Positions 24,975-38,693 of a stretch of 64,000 nucleotides of DNA are shown in pieces; position 1 is the stretch's first letter, and each line of letters begins with the position of its first letter. A model generated the notes under the pieces. The model was not told the DNA's origin, searched no databases, and worked only from the letters and a program-made list of their open reading frames with translations. Location of the stretch: the NCBI RefSeq assembly GCF_040938485.1, contig NW_027271661.1:248001-312000 (forward strand), in the 5' to 3' direction. The translations under genes and the position numbers were made by a program. The stretch comes from Diadema antillarum (taxonomy: Eukaryota).

Positions 24975-25083
24975 AGAGGATGACAAAGATGCGATGAAGT
25001 TTTACACCGATCCCAAGTTCTTCTTCGAGCGATGGTTGACTGAACAGAAGAAAGACATCATGAAGAAGAAGAAAAAGCGAATG
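24975..25083 (+). CDS. WASF: WAVE/SCAR coding exon 3 (end of WHD, basic region)
   Basis: TTGCAG| ... ATG|GTAAAT; (R)EDDKDAMKFYTDPKFFFERWLTEQKKDIMKKKKKRM matches WAVE [20 protein letters not shown] + basic stretch; phase 2/0. Confidence 0.95.
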
Positions 25084-25428
25084 GTAAATTCATTGTTTTG
25101 CCGGATACTACTAACTTGTAAAGTTCCTTCAAGAATTGATTATGAACGCCATTTCTATTTACTCTTATTTCAAAATCAGATGAAAAAAAGANNNNNNNNN
25201 NNNNNNNNNNNNNNNNNNNNNNNNNNNNNNNNNNNNNNNNNNNNNNNNNNNNNNNNNNNNNNNNNNNNNNNNNNNNNNNNNNNNNNNNNNNNNNNNNNNN
25301 NNNNNNNNNNNNNNNNNNNNNNNNCATCTTCTTGAAGAATTCTTCCTCATCTCAGTGTTCCACGTCTTACAAGCTTGGCTTTCTTAGTGGAACACTGTTT
25401 TCTATCATTTTGATTATTTACTATTTTT

Positions 25429-25442
25429 GTTGCCATGGCAAA
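25429..25442. promoter_or_regulatory. Near-perfect RFX X-box in WAVE intron 3
   Basis: GTTGCCATGGCAAA, one mismatch to the palindrome GTTGCCATGGCAAC. Confidence 0.45.
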
Positions 25443-25753
25443 GTCCACTGTTTCTTTTTATGATATCATTCGTGCATATATATTGTATTTGAAAAAAAAA
25501 TCCTTTAACAGACGAGTGTAAGAAAAATGAAAAAAAAATTGTATCACTTTGGATTATGTCAACTTTTTCTTTTCTTTTTGATGATGGAAATCAATACACT
25601 ATTGAATTGAATAATAGTTATCAACAAAATATCACACATGTATCATTATTTTCATCAGTGATCATCAACAAACGCGTTCTGCAGATAGTAACATTCTGTG
25701 TATCTCCTTTCCCACTCTCTCTGTTTTCTTACCTCTCTCACTCTCTCTGTATA

Positions 25754-25758
<5 letters not shown>

Positions 25759-25803
<45 letters not shown>
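25759..25803. repeat. (TA)n microsatellite
   Basis: Direct reading. Confidence 0.95.
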
Positions 25804-25810
<7 letters not shown>

Positions 25811-26172
25811 ATATACATATAATGAATGCATTCATACCAGGCTCAGTATTAGCGGTGGTCCGGGCCACTAAAATTGATGGTGGGCCGACAAATTTCCAAA
25901 AAGGTTGCCTTTTGGTGGCTACCAAATTTGAAATTTGAAGATATTACTGGCTCTAAAGGGACAGCAGAGAAAAAAAGTTCAGGTAAAGCCCGATATGTTA
26001 TACATTATATTTACATTATTTTTGTAGGCCTATATAGCGACTGTGTTTGCAATAACTATTATTTTCTGACAATAACAAGGGAATGATGAGGTGCCGTTGG
26101 AAACTCTCTTAAAGAAAGTTAATGTGCACTGAAGTAGTGTGTGCTCTCTTTGTTCTTTTATGACTTTAATAG

Positions 26173-26848
26173 AAAAGGCCGGTGTCAAACATTGGTAAAG
26201 GACCGACCAAAGTGGTGAAGACGCGTAAAGCCGGGAAAGGTAGGGGAAAGGAGCTTGATGACATTGACAGAGAGAGGCAGGAGCGCCCGAAATCAACACG
26301 CCGTAGGCAAACATCTCAGGGTACGACCGGTAACCACGAAGAGCAAGCTGGGCAGGAGCAGCAAGATGCCTCCAAACCTCTAGAAAACGGAGAGATCGCA
26401 GAACGACCACTAGAAGAAGATCCACTACCGCCTCCACCACAGCTACCAATAGGAGACGGCGGTGACTTCAGCGCACCCTCATCACCTATGGAGGCGTTCC
26501 CCGGCGAGCTACCCATGCCTCCTCCTCCCCCATCGGAGGACCTATTGCCCCCACCTCCTTCAGACCCGTCAGACGCACTCTATTCCGACATGGACTCCTT
26601 AATGGACGACGCGCAGGCATTTCCACAGCCACCATCCTCTTCGTTGCCTGGCAACGTTCCTCCGCCTCCGCCTCCTCCTCCAAACTTGCCTCCACCCAAC
26701 CAAAGGGCAGGCCCCGCCCCTCCTGCACCTCCTCCCATACCGGCCTTCATCCCAAACCCTCTACATATTGATCGAACCTCGAAAATCCCCGAGCCCATTA
26801 CGGTAGTCCAAGACACGCGAGACGACATCCTCTCGGCCATCAGACAGG
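26173..26848 (+). CDS. WASF: WAVE/SCAR coding exon 4 (basic, proline-rich, first half of WH2)
   Basis: AATAG| acceptor; polyproline runs; ends DTRDDILSAIRQ(G) at a GC donor G|GCAAGT, phase 1. Confidence 0.9.
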
Positions 26849-26909
26849 GCAAGTATAAAACGAGGCAAAGAAACCTGAAACGGCTTCTTTCCATTGAATT
26901 TGATTACAC

Positions 26910-27353
26910 GGGTGCACGTCACGAGCTCAACACCCACTAGTTATACAGCCCACGAGCTAATCACTAAGTGAACAAGCCCCACGAGCTATACGGTACACGA
27001 GCCAGACGCTAGACAGATGATTCCCATGAACTCGACACTAGTCAAGCAAGGCCCGCGAGCTCGACACTAAAAAAAGAAAAGAAAAAAAAAGAAAAAGAAA
27101 CAGCTCGACATCACATCATAGGGCTTACTGTACGTAGCGTCGAGCTCGTGGGCCTTGTTTGCCTAGTGTCGAGGTCGTGAGCCCTATTTGCCTAGTGTCA
27201 AGATTATTGGCCTGTTTTAATTACTGCCTAGTTGGTGGGCCTGTTTTGCTTTATAATATCTAGCTCGTGGGCTGTATGACTTGTGAACCAATTTTTCCGA
27301 TGTCTAACTCGTGGTCCGTATGACTCGTGTGTGCTGAGCTTGTGGATGACCCC
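26910..27353. mobile_element. Foldback element with CCCACGAGCTCGACAC / CCCACGAGTCATAC sub-repeats
   Basis: Ends GGGTGCACGTCACGAG and (rc) GGGGTCATCCACAAG; motif polarity flips mid-element; flanks GATTACAC/GATTAATC (6/8). Confidence 0.8.
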
Positions 27354-28491
27354 GATTAATCATGAGACCTTATCTTTTTGAGGACTGGTTCAAATATGAA
27401 TGTCGATTTTGTGTTTTCTCTATAACACTGGAGGTCCATAATGCTTTGGACTTGAATGGCTTCCTTGAAGCAGAATGAGCTTTGCTATTAAAAATCGAGT
27501 TTCTTTCTTTCACGCGATTTGACTTCTTTGTCCAACAATGAGGTAATGAGGTAGTTCGGCAGATTAAATATAAACTTTGTCGTGACAGGAGAGCTAGTTA
27601 GAATGAAACCGATGCCATTTGAAATACAGTCTCATGAAATAATATATATATATATTTTTTTCTCTCTCTCTAAATTATATTTCATTTAGTTCTCGATCAG
27701 ATCATAGTTTTCTTTGAAGTAATCACAGATGAAAATACATGACAATGCATTGATTTTTCTTTTTTGACTCTGGTGATTATATATGCACATTTCGGAGATG
27801 ATTATTCACAGTCAAAACAAATATGACATTGAGATGCAACAATATTCAAGATGGGAAACTTCTATAGTGAGCGGGGGATAATGTACTTTAATTGAAGCAT
27901 TTAGATTTTGTTTCAGACGCTACGTCATGTGTGGATTTGGTGATTCAAAACTCAAATTTGTACGTGATCACACTTATCTTCATGCTGCAAGAAGAAAAAG
28001 AAGAAGAAGAAGAAGATGATGAATATGTCTTCAAGCTTCAAGAAAAGACTGGCATCTTTTAAGCGGGATATATCTTGTAAACAACATGGACCAAATTTAA
28101 GTTCCTGAATTTCCACGAATTTACTTCCTTTCTGGTGAAGACCTACATGTCTCCATTGTAAAATTTTAAAATATTGCTCGAATAGTTTGAAGACAGCAAA
28201 ATGAGCAAAGCGGTGAAACTATACCCGCTTTTCCCCCTAGAGAGTATAAATAGATCTGCATATCGACCACAAAATATCTATAAAGTGCTGAAAAAATCCA
28301 TGACACCTGTTTCATATCGCCACCCTCATGAAACAGTTATTTTCTCCACAATATTTACTATGATTATTATTTGATTAATTCATATTGCAATATTTACGGT
28401 GTTTAAGGTTTAAATAAATTGACAGCTATGACGTTGTATAAACATTGCTTGCTACTTTCTGTATCGTCATTTTTGCTCTCACTATTCACAG

Positions 28492-28667
28492 GAATGAAGC
28501 TGCGAAAGGTGGACGTGAACGTCGAGAAGCAGCGGGCGGCTGAACCGGAAGCGAACAGCGTCGAGGCCATCTTGAGACGCCGTATCGCCATGGAGGTGAG
28601 CTCTGACGAGGAGACTAGCAGTACGTTTTCGAGCGACGACAGCGCGTGGGAAGACGAGGACGACTGA
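28492..28667 (+). CDS. WASF: WAVE/SCAR coding exon 5 (WH2 end, central, acidic)
   Basis: CACAG|GA ATG; (G)MKLRKVD...NSVEAILRRRIAMEVSSDEE...DDSAWEDEDD*: LRKV, ILxRRIA and acidic Trp are VCA hallmarks. Exon sum 268+154+109+676+176=1383 nt = 460 aa + stop. Confidence 0.95.
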
Positions 28668-29802
28668 ACGACCGTCGTCTTCGACAGCTTCTCCGACATC
28701 ACCCGTCGTCTTTGACATCGTCTGCCACATCGACGAAATTGCCTACTTCCTGGGCATGAGCAGTGTCTTACGCCTCTGCCTTTACAGTCATGAGTTCTCC
28801 TACAGTATTGCCTTCAAGAAAGTGCCCTCATTCGTGAAACTTTTACATTGATTGGCTTCAAGCCAGTTAGAGAAAGTATATAAGATAAGTACTACGAAAT
28901 ACCAGAGCAGTAGCCTCTGCTATTACACTTATACTTAGAAGTGATGAGATAGATATCACCTGAAATTACTAGCCAATATTATTCGTTTTCGACGTATCAA
29001 CTCTCATTAGTAAGAAAAAGAAAAGAACAGCGAGATCAGAAATGCTGCAATAATTGTAGAAGAACACCAAGAAGTAGTAACTTACAACTGATAGTCGTCT
29101 ACAATCATGGACACGAGAAAAGTTGTTCAAACAAAAATTCTACCATCTATGAACTGTTATAAAGAAAGGAATTTCTCTTTCTATTCGACATAAAAAGGAA
29201 AAAAATGGCAATTTCCACGATGGATAGAAGGATATTTTCCCGCTGATGATTTCTACACAAGCGTTAAAACGGAGATTTGAACATGCATATGTTCAGATGA
29301 GAATATATTGACCCGCACTAAAAATCAAGATCAAAAGGTAAAATAAGAGATACAATGCAAAACAATATATAAAATTGATCGAGTATTCTTCTGTCATTTT
29401 CTACTCCCATATTATTTGCGCGCACACAAATACACATACTTATTTCACCCTATGTAATCCTATATGTGCCTATCGTAAAAAGTGTGATTTTTGTTTTCTT
29501 TCTATGTTAAAAACTTTCGCAGTAACGTAATGACACAGCTAATAGTATAGATATGATATATGACTATGTCTATTACAAGTATTTAATGGTGTTTACATTT
29601 TGGAGTATCTTTATTTTGAAAAAAAAAAATCAGCATTAAGTGCATATCCTACTGCATATTGCAACTGATATATCAACCATCAATTAATTGCCCAGTGATA
29701 TTTTGATTAAAAATTTATGAATTGTTCATATTTGAGATATCCAGGGTATTGTGCTATCTTTTCATATTCCGTCAACATTCGTTCAAAATCTTAATGTTCA
29801 TA

Positions 29803-30336
29803 CACTGTAAAAACATCGGTGTTAGATTTAACACCACGGGTGTTAAATCTAACACCGATCAAACTTCACTAAAGGACCACACCCACAGGTGTTAAAAATG
29901 CACTGTGATGGTGTTGAAAAGTGTTCACCTGATACTTCGTGGTGTTAATTTGACACTGTACCTGGTGTTATTTTGACACTGTACTGGTGTTAATTCAAAA
30001 ATGACACCACATGGTGTTGATTTGATATTTGTTGGTGTTAATATCAATGTTTTAACACCCGTCCAGCTTCAATAAGAGACCACACCAGCTGGTGTTACTT
30101 TAGTATAAATTTATTTTCACATTATCTTTTTCAAAAATCTAGTTTTTTAATGTAAAATTCTTGATTGTCTTGTTTAAATCAAAAATCAACAAGAAGTGCA
30201 GTTACTGAGAAACTCTTCAAAAACAGTTTAAAATTTGGAAATGACACCCGGAGGTGTTAATTTAACACCATAAATGAGCACCGAAAATTTAATACCAGCT
30301 CGGTGTTCACTATTTAACACCGGGCTTTTTGCAGTG
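29803..30336. mobile_element. EnSpm/CACTA(CMC)-like non-autonomous element
   Basis: TIR CACTG(T/C)AAAAA, TA on both sides, dense AACACC/GGTGTT motifs. Confidence 0.85.
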
Positions 30337-32253
30337 TAGACTCCATCAACGTGATTAAGTTGATACCTTCAACTTTTAGTCCATTCGTATCACCGATGCA
30401 TTAATGCTCTGATGATTTCAACGCGGTTAATTGATATCAGAAAAATGAGAACTATCATGATCGGATAGGTCATTACTCCCCTGGGAGAGGGGTGGGGGAT
30501 AACTTACTATTAAATGGTCCCTGATGGATGATAATACATAAACAAGTTGCTTAAAACAGCAGAATGTAAAGACATCCTTCCCTCAATCAGATACACCAGA
30601 GTTGTAAAACTGTTTTCATTCATTCCTTTCATTTTATTTCATTTCCAACAATACAAAACATTTCCATACACATAATAACACAATATCAATACAATTCAAA
30701 TGTAGTAACGAATAAAAATACTGTGAAATTAACCCGTCACTTTCTGATGATATTAAATGAAAATTAAAGTTTCAGGAAATGAAGGAGTCGTGCTGAAAAG
30801 CCAAGACAAAAATGACTAATTACTGAACAAGACCAAAAACACCAAGGAAGTTTTGTGTACGTTTTCATCAAAAGACGCAACTTCTATTGAATACAAATTC
30901 ACTCACAGTCAAAACGGATAATGACTACTTTATAATGTTGAATAATGGTTACAGAGCAAATGCTATGACACAGTTCTAGAAAATACATGACAACAATAAT
31001 ATTGACAGTATTTTATTGCATAGCCTTGTAAATGATAACTAAATACTATCAGAAATTAGAACTTCGTTTGTACTGTTAATGTTGTTACAGTTCTTGATTC
31101 CGAAGATTCGTTCATACGAAAATGCAAAAGAAGAAGACAAAAATAAGCTTCGTTTTTCCAAATATTCGTTAATAATAACGATATAATATAATATAACGAT
31201 AATAACGAAATAAGATTCCTAACTCCAAAGGTTCGTTAATACCCACTTTCTATTCATTTTTGGATTAAATGGACAGCCAGTGTTGATGAAAAAGCTTTTC
31301 ATTATTTAAAGCTTTATTTTTGCACAGTGTATACACTATATCGCTGCTGTGACGAAGATTGTTTTTACATCACTTACGTTACTATTTACTGTTTATAGTC
31401 CTCGTAATGCCGATATTTGTGGTGGTTTTGTTATGCAGGATCGCATTTGGGCTTTGAAATTGGGAAATAATAAATTTTCTTCCGCTTATTGCGGCATACT
31501 TTTTTTTTGCAGTGCATCTAGTTTGATATGTTTGAGCTGCATGTCTTTCTATGTGCGCTACATATGTCTCTTATGATTATGTTGAATGAAAAATAATCTA
31601 TCAAAATATGCTGTGGAATACTTTAAAAATGCCTAAAAAAACTCCTATTCATTCACGATACTCAGTTATTCTCATAAACAGCAAAGTGTAACAATAGTTC
31701 ACTTTGGAACAGGTAATTAGGAGAAGGATACTTATCATTGTCCCGGTAGTGAATATATGATTTCAAATATTTTGTCTTCATAAAGGTGTTTTGTTTTGTC
31801 AATTATTTTTAACATCATTTCATTACTGATGCAATAAAGTGTGACATTTTCCACTCTATTTATATTCTTTATTTGTCTGCGAGCCCCCCCCCCCCCATGT
31901 CAAATATGTTTTTAAAGACACTACTTAAAGATATCGCTCATTAGTTCAAAGGACGGTGCTGTTTTGCAGAGCTTTTTATAATAATAATAAAATGCATCTA
32001 AAGATCAAATGAAATACAAAATGATATATACATGTAGATACTATGTGAAATTATGAAATACACGCACACACATACACATACAAGCAACGCATGTATATAA
32101 CATATATATATATATATGACCCTGCATCACAAAACCAACAAAAAGTTGCCAGACTTGGATTTTTAGTTAAGAGCAGATTCTGAAAGAGGAGACTCTAAGC
32201 TTTAAAATGATGTATCACTCACATAGATATATGTATATTTATACATATGTAGG

Positions 32254-32290
<37 letters not shown>

Positions 32291-32448
32291 TTCATGTGAT
32301 TGTATTTGTAATATGCTCGTTTATACATTTTTTTTTGTGTCGATCTCATGAGTGAATACGAAAAAGGTCAAAGTGCATTCATTTTGACGTTGTCATCAGC
32401 TGCTGTTGTGATGAGGTACAGTCAACTCCGCGTTAGTCGACGGCGCTA

Positions 32449-32615
32449 AAGTGCACTCCCGTTGTAACTAACACGGTTACAACGAAATCCCGGTTACAAC
32501 AAAATAAAAAATCAGGCCACAATATTATCCGCTTATTTATAATTGTTTTTTTTTGTTCGGTTATAACAAAATTTCGATATAACGAAAGAAAACTTCATAT
32601 AACGGGAGTCCACTG
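32449..32615. mobile_element. pogo/Tigger-like MITE
   Basis: TIR consensus TA|CAGTGGACTCCCGTT; a related terminus TACAGTCAACTCC at 32417. Confidence 0.7.
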
Positions 32616-32744
32616 TAATTGGTTAAGTTGATGAAACGAAAAGTCCCAATTTACATTATAGCCCTATGTGTTATTACAATGTAAGATCAACTAAAGCGGA
32701 GATGACTGTCTTCATTAAATCTGCAATTCGGATAAAAGCGGCAA

Positions 32745-32881
32745 GGGCCTGTTGCATAAAAATTGAGATCAAACATAAGTCAGAAAATCAAACATAACAC
32801 TTTGAATACTCAATTCTGATACCTGATTTATGGTTGATTTTCTAAATTACGTTTGATTGCATCTTTTTATGCAACAGGGCC
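32745..32881. mobile_element. Harbinger-like MITE
   Basis: TIR GG(G/C)CCTGTTGCATAAAAA; TSD not clean. Confidence 0.7.
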
Positions 32882-35800
32882 TAGAGATGCCAATATTTCC
32901 AGAGATGTCAAGGTCGGAGAGCAGGAAGTAAGCGTAAGGTTTTTTGTTTTTTGTTTTTTTGTCTCCCGCGTGATCGAAGCAACCGAATTTTCTTGGCGAG
33001 AATGAGCTCCTTTCCCATCACACGGTAAGGAGTCTTTTCATCTAAAATCGTGCAATCTGCTGCATACTTAACATGAAATGTTGACTTAAAGAAAAAGAAG
33101 ATTGTCTCCAAAATGTGACTTTCATGGTACATAGAAGTCCATGTTTTGCTCCTTTTTTGTGGGTGGGGATGTATTTGTTTCTTTTTTAAGATGTGAAAGA
33201 ACAACAACAAACAAAACTGTCAGGCGTGTGAGCGTGAGAAAGATCCCGACTCGAATTGTGAATCTCATGACTGTGATTGTATATCACAAAGTGAATTTAT
33301 AAAGGTATTGTTTACCATTGGGAGCGGTGATTTAAAAATGTTCGAGTTATAATATATGATGCATATGTGTAGATCAGTTGTATCACAAAACACCCTACCA
33401 TACAAACATTTTGTAATAACGCCAAAAATGTAATATGATGTCATGTTTTTTCTCAATAAACCATAACTGTAGACAGTTTATTCCAGGAACAATTTGATCT
33501 GTTTATTATATATAACTATTATTAACATTTTGTATATGTAACAATACTTAACATTGATTATACTGATTAACATCTTTACATTGATTGCTTTATTCCTAAC
33601 TCGCATTTTAGAACTGTTTGGAAGCACCATAGCTGGGTTTCTGCTTCATCTACAAATGTTAAATAATTCTTTTAAGATGACGGATCCTTAAATATCATTG
33701 TGGGGTGGGTGAACGCAGAATATTAACGTGCCAACCAGTGTATCTTTTTTTTAAAGGAAAGTCGGACGATCCCTTCAAAAGTGATGAATTCTAATGATTT
33801 TGTGTATTCCATGCGCCGCTCCCTTTGGGATCTAAACGCTGTATCAGTTTGTAATGTCATAAACTATATAGAACCATGTACAGATAACCCCAAACTGTAG
33901 AAATTTATAACTTCAGGACGGACTTTCTGTTTTATTTTCTTACATTTTTGTCTCCAACTTATCTGCTGTCACGGAATTCACATCCGTGTTTGGCGGTTTG
34001 GGGGAAACTTCATCTGTAATGAAATCATGGTTATCGTACTGGGATTCCCCTTAGAGTGCAATAAACGCCATGTTTAAATCAACAGAGTAAAACAAGACGA
34101 CTTGAATGGTAGCAGTTTTATGAAAGTCTGATCTAAACTATGAATTGAATAAACATATATATATATATTAGGCCTATTATATATATTCACATACAATATA
34201 AACAATGTAATGAAGTAATCACCCAATTCTCCCAATAGTTTTTCTTTTAATTGTGTGTTATGTCTTGATTTCAAAACAAAATATGGAAATTACTAAATTT
34301 GTGAGGTAATAACGTCATTTTTTCTCATTTGCATACACTTGTTAAAGCATACGGAATTTTAACGTTCCTGCCTATATATCATTTCTAACGTTTATGAAGA
34401 TCTAATCATTGTTTTTCTGATTGCACATTGTCATTTTGCGAGTCACCTTTCGCGTCTGCTTCCCGTTTGTGTGCGTGTATGTGCGTTTTGTTTGTGTGTA
34501 CGAATGTGTGTGTGTGTGTGTGTGTGTGTGCGTGCGCGCGCGCGCGCGCGTGAGTGTCTTTCTGTGTGCTTCCATTACTTTACCTTCTGTTTTCTTTTGT
34601 AAGTTCAATTTATTGAGTGGCTCACATATCTATGCACGCTTGTCTTCTTCTCGGGCCTATCTTTTCCAATGACCTTGAACAGTTAAATGCTATAGGATAT
34701 GCACTTACTTATTTTTTTTTTCTTCCGCCTTCAAATGTAATGTATGTATTATTGCATATCAAATAGATTTGCTATATATTTTTTTTTTCATCTGGACGAA
34801 TTGTGATATTAGAAAAGAAATTTCACGTGAATTGAAAATAAAGGTACTTTCTTCAGAGGTGTCCCATGACGTAAGGATAGAGTAAACGGCCATGAAGGGA
34901 CGTATAAATCAACCGTGCTGATATTGGCCATCGATGAATGCTATATCCACTGTGGTAATTGATTTGTATTTCATCAAAATATATATTTTTTTTTGAGGTA
35001 CACCCATGCATTTTTTAATTTCATATCTAATGACACAATCTCACGGCCGGAACACGAGTTGAGCTTATTGCAGATCGTTGACAGAAATTAGAAGGTGTAA
35101 CATTAAAATACCCACCTATGCTGATATTCTATTTCTTGAAATATTGAAATATTCTTGAATTGTTAGAGTAGTGTTAAAACTGGCTTATGCGATTTCCCCC
35201 TTTCATCTTTGAAACTTTGATGTTTTGGGTAACGCTCTAGAGTTTGCAGCATAATATTTTCCACCAGAGCTGTGCGTGCATACAGGCGTTTTGAATAGTT
35301 CACGGCTTGCTTGCCGCAAAAGCACACATTCATATACACGAACGCAATACCGGATTCGTTGATTTCATTGGATCAGACATTTACGATGCTGGACTGCAGC
35401 GCCTTTTAGAACAGGACGGTTCTATAATAGGATGATATTTTCGTCTTTTCGCTACTCAGTACTTTGTACGAGAGAGAGAAAAAAAAATGGTTAACAAATT
35501 CAGTCAAAATATCGATTTTGTTTCTAAATCCCAGGGATGATAAGGAAGAGTTTCTTGTTCCTTATTCTGCGAGTCGTATGCGCTTGACAATACACTTCCC
35601 CCAGGTCCGCGTTGGCTTGATGGATTTCTTCGTTCCGCTCAAGCACGTGGAATGAACCAGGGGAGTAATAACGCCACCAACGTGTCAGAACGGGACTTTC
35701 AACACATTAATTACAGTCTATCATAATTGTCTGCCGTTCGCACCCCACATTACCAACGTGTTAAACAAGTTATTTTCTTCCGCAAGAGTATCAGTTCCAT

Positions 35801-36378
35801 GTTGCCCTAAGGCTCTCTTTCGCACCTAAAAGCTTGACGTCTAAAAATCTATGGTCCCCTTCGAAATTTATTTTTGGATTTATATTTTTCCTTAAAGGGG
35901 AGTCTCAAAATATTTTCTCTTCGGCAAATGTGCCAAGACACTCAGTGTACCATTATTAAGTGCCAATCGAATTTTGCACTCTTTGATAATGTTGTCACCA
36001 TTAAATATCGTTTCGTCTCTACCATCTATGATGTAACCTTATAATCATGAAATGAATGCGTTCATGTACCTACCTGCAACTTGCTTAGCACGAAAGTTTC
36101 AGATGCAAACGTTGTAATTTGATGTAGACGTTATTAGGAAATCAATCTGCAAAAGGAAGTTGTATACCCCAATACTTGTTTTGATTTNNNNNNNNNNNNN
36201 NNNNNNNNNNNNNNNNNNNNNNNNNNNNNNNNNNNNNNNNNNNNNNNNNNNNNNNNNNNNNNNNNNNNNNNNNNNNNNNNNNNNNNNNNNNNNNNNNNNN
36301 NNNNNNNNNNNNNNNNNNNNNNNNNNNNNNNNNNNNNNNNNNNNNNNNNNNNNNNNNNNNNNNNNNNNNNNNNNNNNN

Positions 36379-37110
36379 ACCCCACAAGACAAAGGGAATC
36401 ATTTCACCTTCCACGTACCCGCACACTCCTTGCTCAAAAAATAATTGTTTTTACCGGACCTAAATTCTGGAATGATCTTCCCGCCGATTTAATCAATTGT
36501 TCTAGTATGTTTACATTTAAACAAAAATTGAAATTAATGTTAATAAATGAATATAATCAGTCTGATTAGAATATTTCAATATGTTATATGCGCAGTATCC
36601 TCGTTCAATGTATATTTCTGGTTTATGCTCCCGTTATATAATCACTGCATCCGTATTTGTATCAACATTTAGAACTCACTATGAAGTTGATTATAGATAA
36701 TGTGCACGTATATACTTGTGTACCTATATGCCATATTTTCACTCAGTTCTTATTCTTTGGGTTCTTGTTTTTTTTTTTTTTTCACTTTTTCTCTTTATTC
36801 TCTTATTTCTTTTTCCCTTTGTACTTTAATATTTTAGCTTTCATATCGTTTCGTCATTATTACTTTGTGTCCTATCTCCATTGATTGCATAGCAAATTTA
36901 CACCGGTATTTTTTCATGGAACCTGCGCTTACAAGCTTTGCTTTTGCGGTTCCATCATATTTCACAAGTTATAGAGAATTAGTCTTATGTACATTATGAA
37001 TGCTGACACACTTTCTGTTCATGTCCCGACGTATGACATGTTGTGTATCTTGCTTGGTTTGTATTCTTTTTGGATGTATTTTGATGTCGAGAGAAATATG
37101 AAAATAAACG
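36379..37110 (+). mobile_element. L2/Crack-like LINE 3' end next to a gap
   Basis: FTFHVPAHSLL...IVFTGPKFWNDLP...SMFTFKQKLK, then a T-rich 3' UTR with stem-loop and AATAAA at 37102. Confidence 0.75.
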
Positions 37111-37674
37111 TGTTGGAACTGTTCACTGTGTCTCGAGTGCAAGACCAGTGCAGTTTCAGTTATTCAATTCAATTTGTAAATTCTACATTATCTACATGCT
37201 CGTCTTTAACTAGAGCCTTTCTTTTCAATTATACAATTATTACTTTAAACAAATAGGTTTATATATCTTGTATGGCTATCGTTGATTTTCCTTGAAATTA
37301 TATCGAAAACAAAATGTGATATTGGGAAAAAGATTTGATTCGATTTAATTTGATTTGATTTGATTTGATTAGAATTTGTCGCCACGACAACCTCCAACAA
37401 CTTCCCGCGCTAATCTGGAATACAATATGTAATGCAACGTAATGCCACGTCCGCATCTTACGACATGTCTTAACTGAAAGGGTTTGTATACTGACAATTG
37501 TGCATTTTGTCTCCTTGGAGAACCTCTTGAACCTGACCTCAGTCAGCTGTTTTGCTCGAGATAGGAATTTCTTCTTCCTTTTGATATTTCAAGTGCCATC
37601 CATCACTGAGACTTGACTCGAAATTGTATTCTAATCACAGGAAACGGAATTGAATGAAACATCCACCACCAAAA

Positions 37675-37720
37675 AAGAAGAAGAAGAAGAAGAAGAAGAA
37701 GAAGAAGAAGAAGAAGAAGA
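37675..37720. repeat. (GAA)n microsatellite
   Basis: Direct reading. Confidence 0.95.
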
Positions 37721-38693
37721 TGATGATGGAAAAAAAAAGCGTGCTATCGATAACGAATTCATGATCGTAAAGAGTTGGCTTAGCATGTTTACTGTATAAT
37801 CGTGCAACAGGATAGAGTTGTTTGACAACGTGGGGAACAATGGCGAATTAATGTCAAACTCCTATACTGTTTACCGTCACGAAGTCACACAGCTGTTTTT
37901 TGATCAATAGTCGCAGTCGTCGCAATACTTTTCAAACTCCCGAAGAGGTCCGGAGCGTATCCGACATCACTGAGTTTAATCGAACCCTCGATAACTAGAT
38001 GGCGTTTGAAGAGCCATAAAAAAACACATTGAAGAATCAGGGAGTCAGATAGAGAGTGAGAGAGATGTTCTGTCAAACGACAATGGTTTAAAAGCTCCCT
38101 ATGGCTCCATTGCTTATACCTCGAGGGGCAACCTATCCATCTCGCAATGTTCCGTTCGCACCAAAAAGACATCTTATAATATGACAATAACCCCGGAACA
38201 CAAATCTTTGTCAATAGGTATACTAGTGCTGAAGACTGTGCTGCGAATTAAAAACAAAAAACAAAAAAACGATCTTTCCTGTAGTTCTAATCAACACCAA
38301 GCGCACAATACTAGGGCTTAATATCTTTAATTCGGTATTAATTTTTTTTCTACAGTTTTCGTTCATTCGTTCAATTAATCGAAAATACGATTTAATATAA
38401 GATATGATGAAAATATGAATCAAAATCAATATCATGCTGCTCCTGAAAAATCAAAGCAATTTGACCGTCATTAACTTAAAGCCTTACAATCGTGGCTAGT
38501 GGTTTGTGCGGCACGGAGACGAATGCAACACGCTGTCTCCCCCCATTCTGTATCATGTGCCGTGACACCGAATGAGAATAGCGCTGGCTCAATGTGTCAG
38601 CGAACACACGCTGGAGTCTAAATCACCAGGCCAAAAGTGGCTGTCCGAGCCACGAGAGCTTCCGATCAGTGCCGAATGGACGCACACTCACAG

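Noticed and set aside
26853-26858. GT donor alternative (AA|GTATAA)
   Set aside because: Phase 2; cannot join the VCA exon in frame at any nearby AG.
26849-26940. C-terminal KYKTRQ...ELNTH of ORF 26182-26940
   Set aside because: Read-through past the GC donor into the intron and transposon.
30738-30770. CTGATGA...GAAAATT hammerhead-like string
   Set aside because: Stem II is a weak AT-only segment and the stem I register does not leave a cleavage nucleotide; likely chance.
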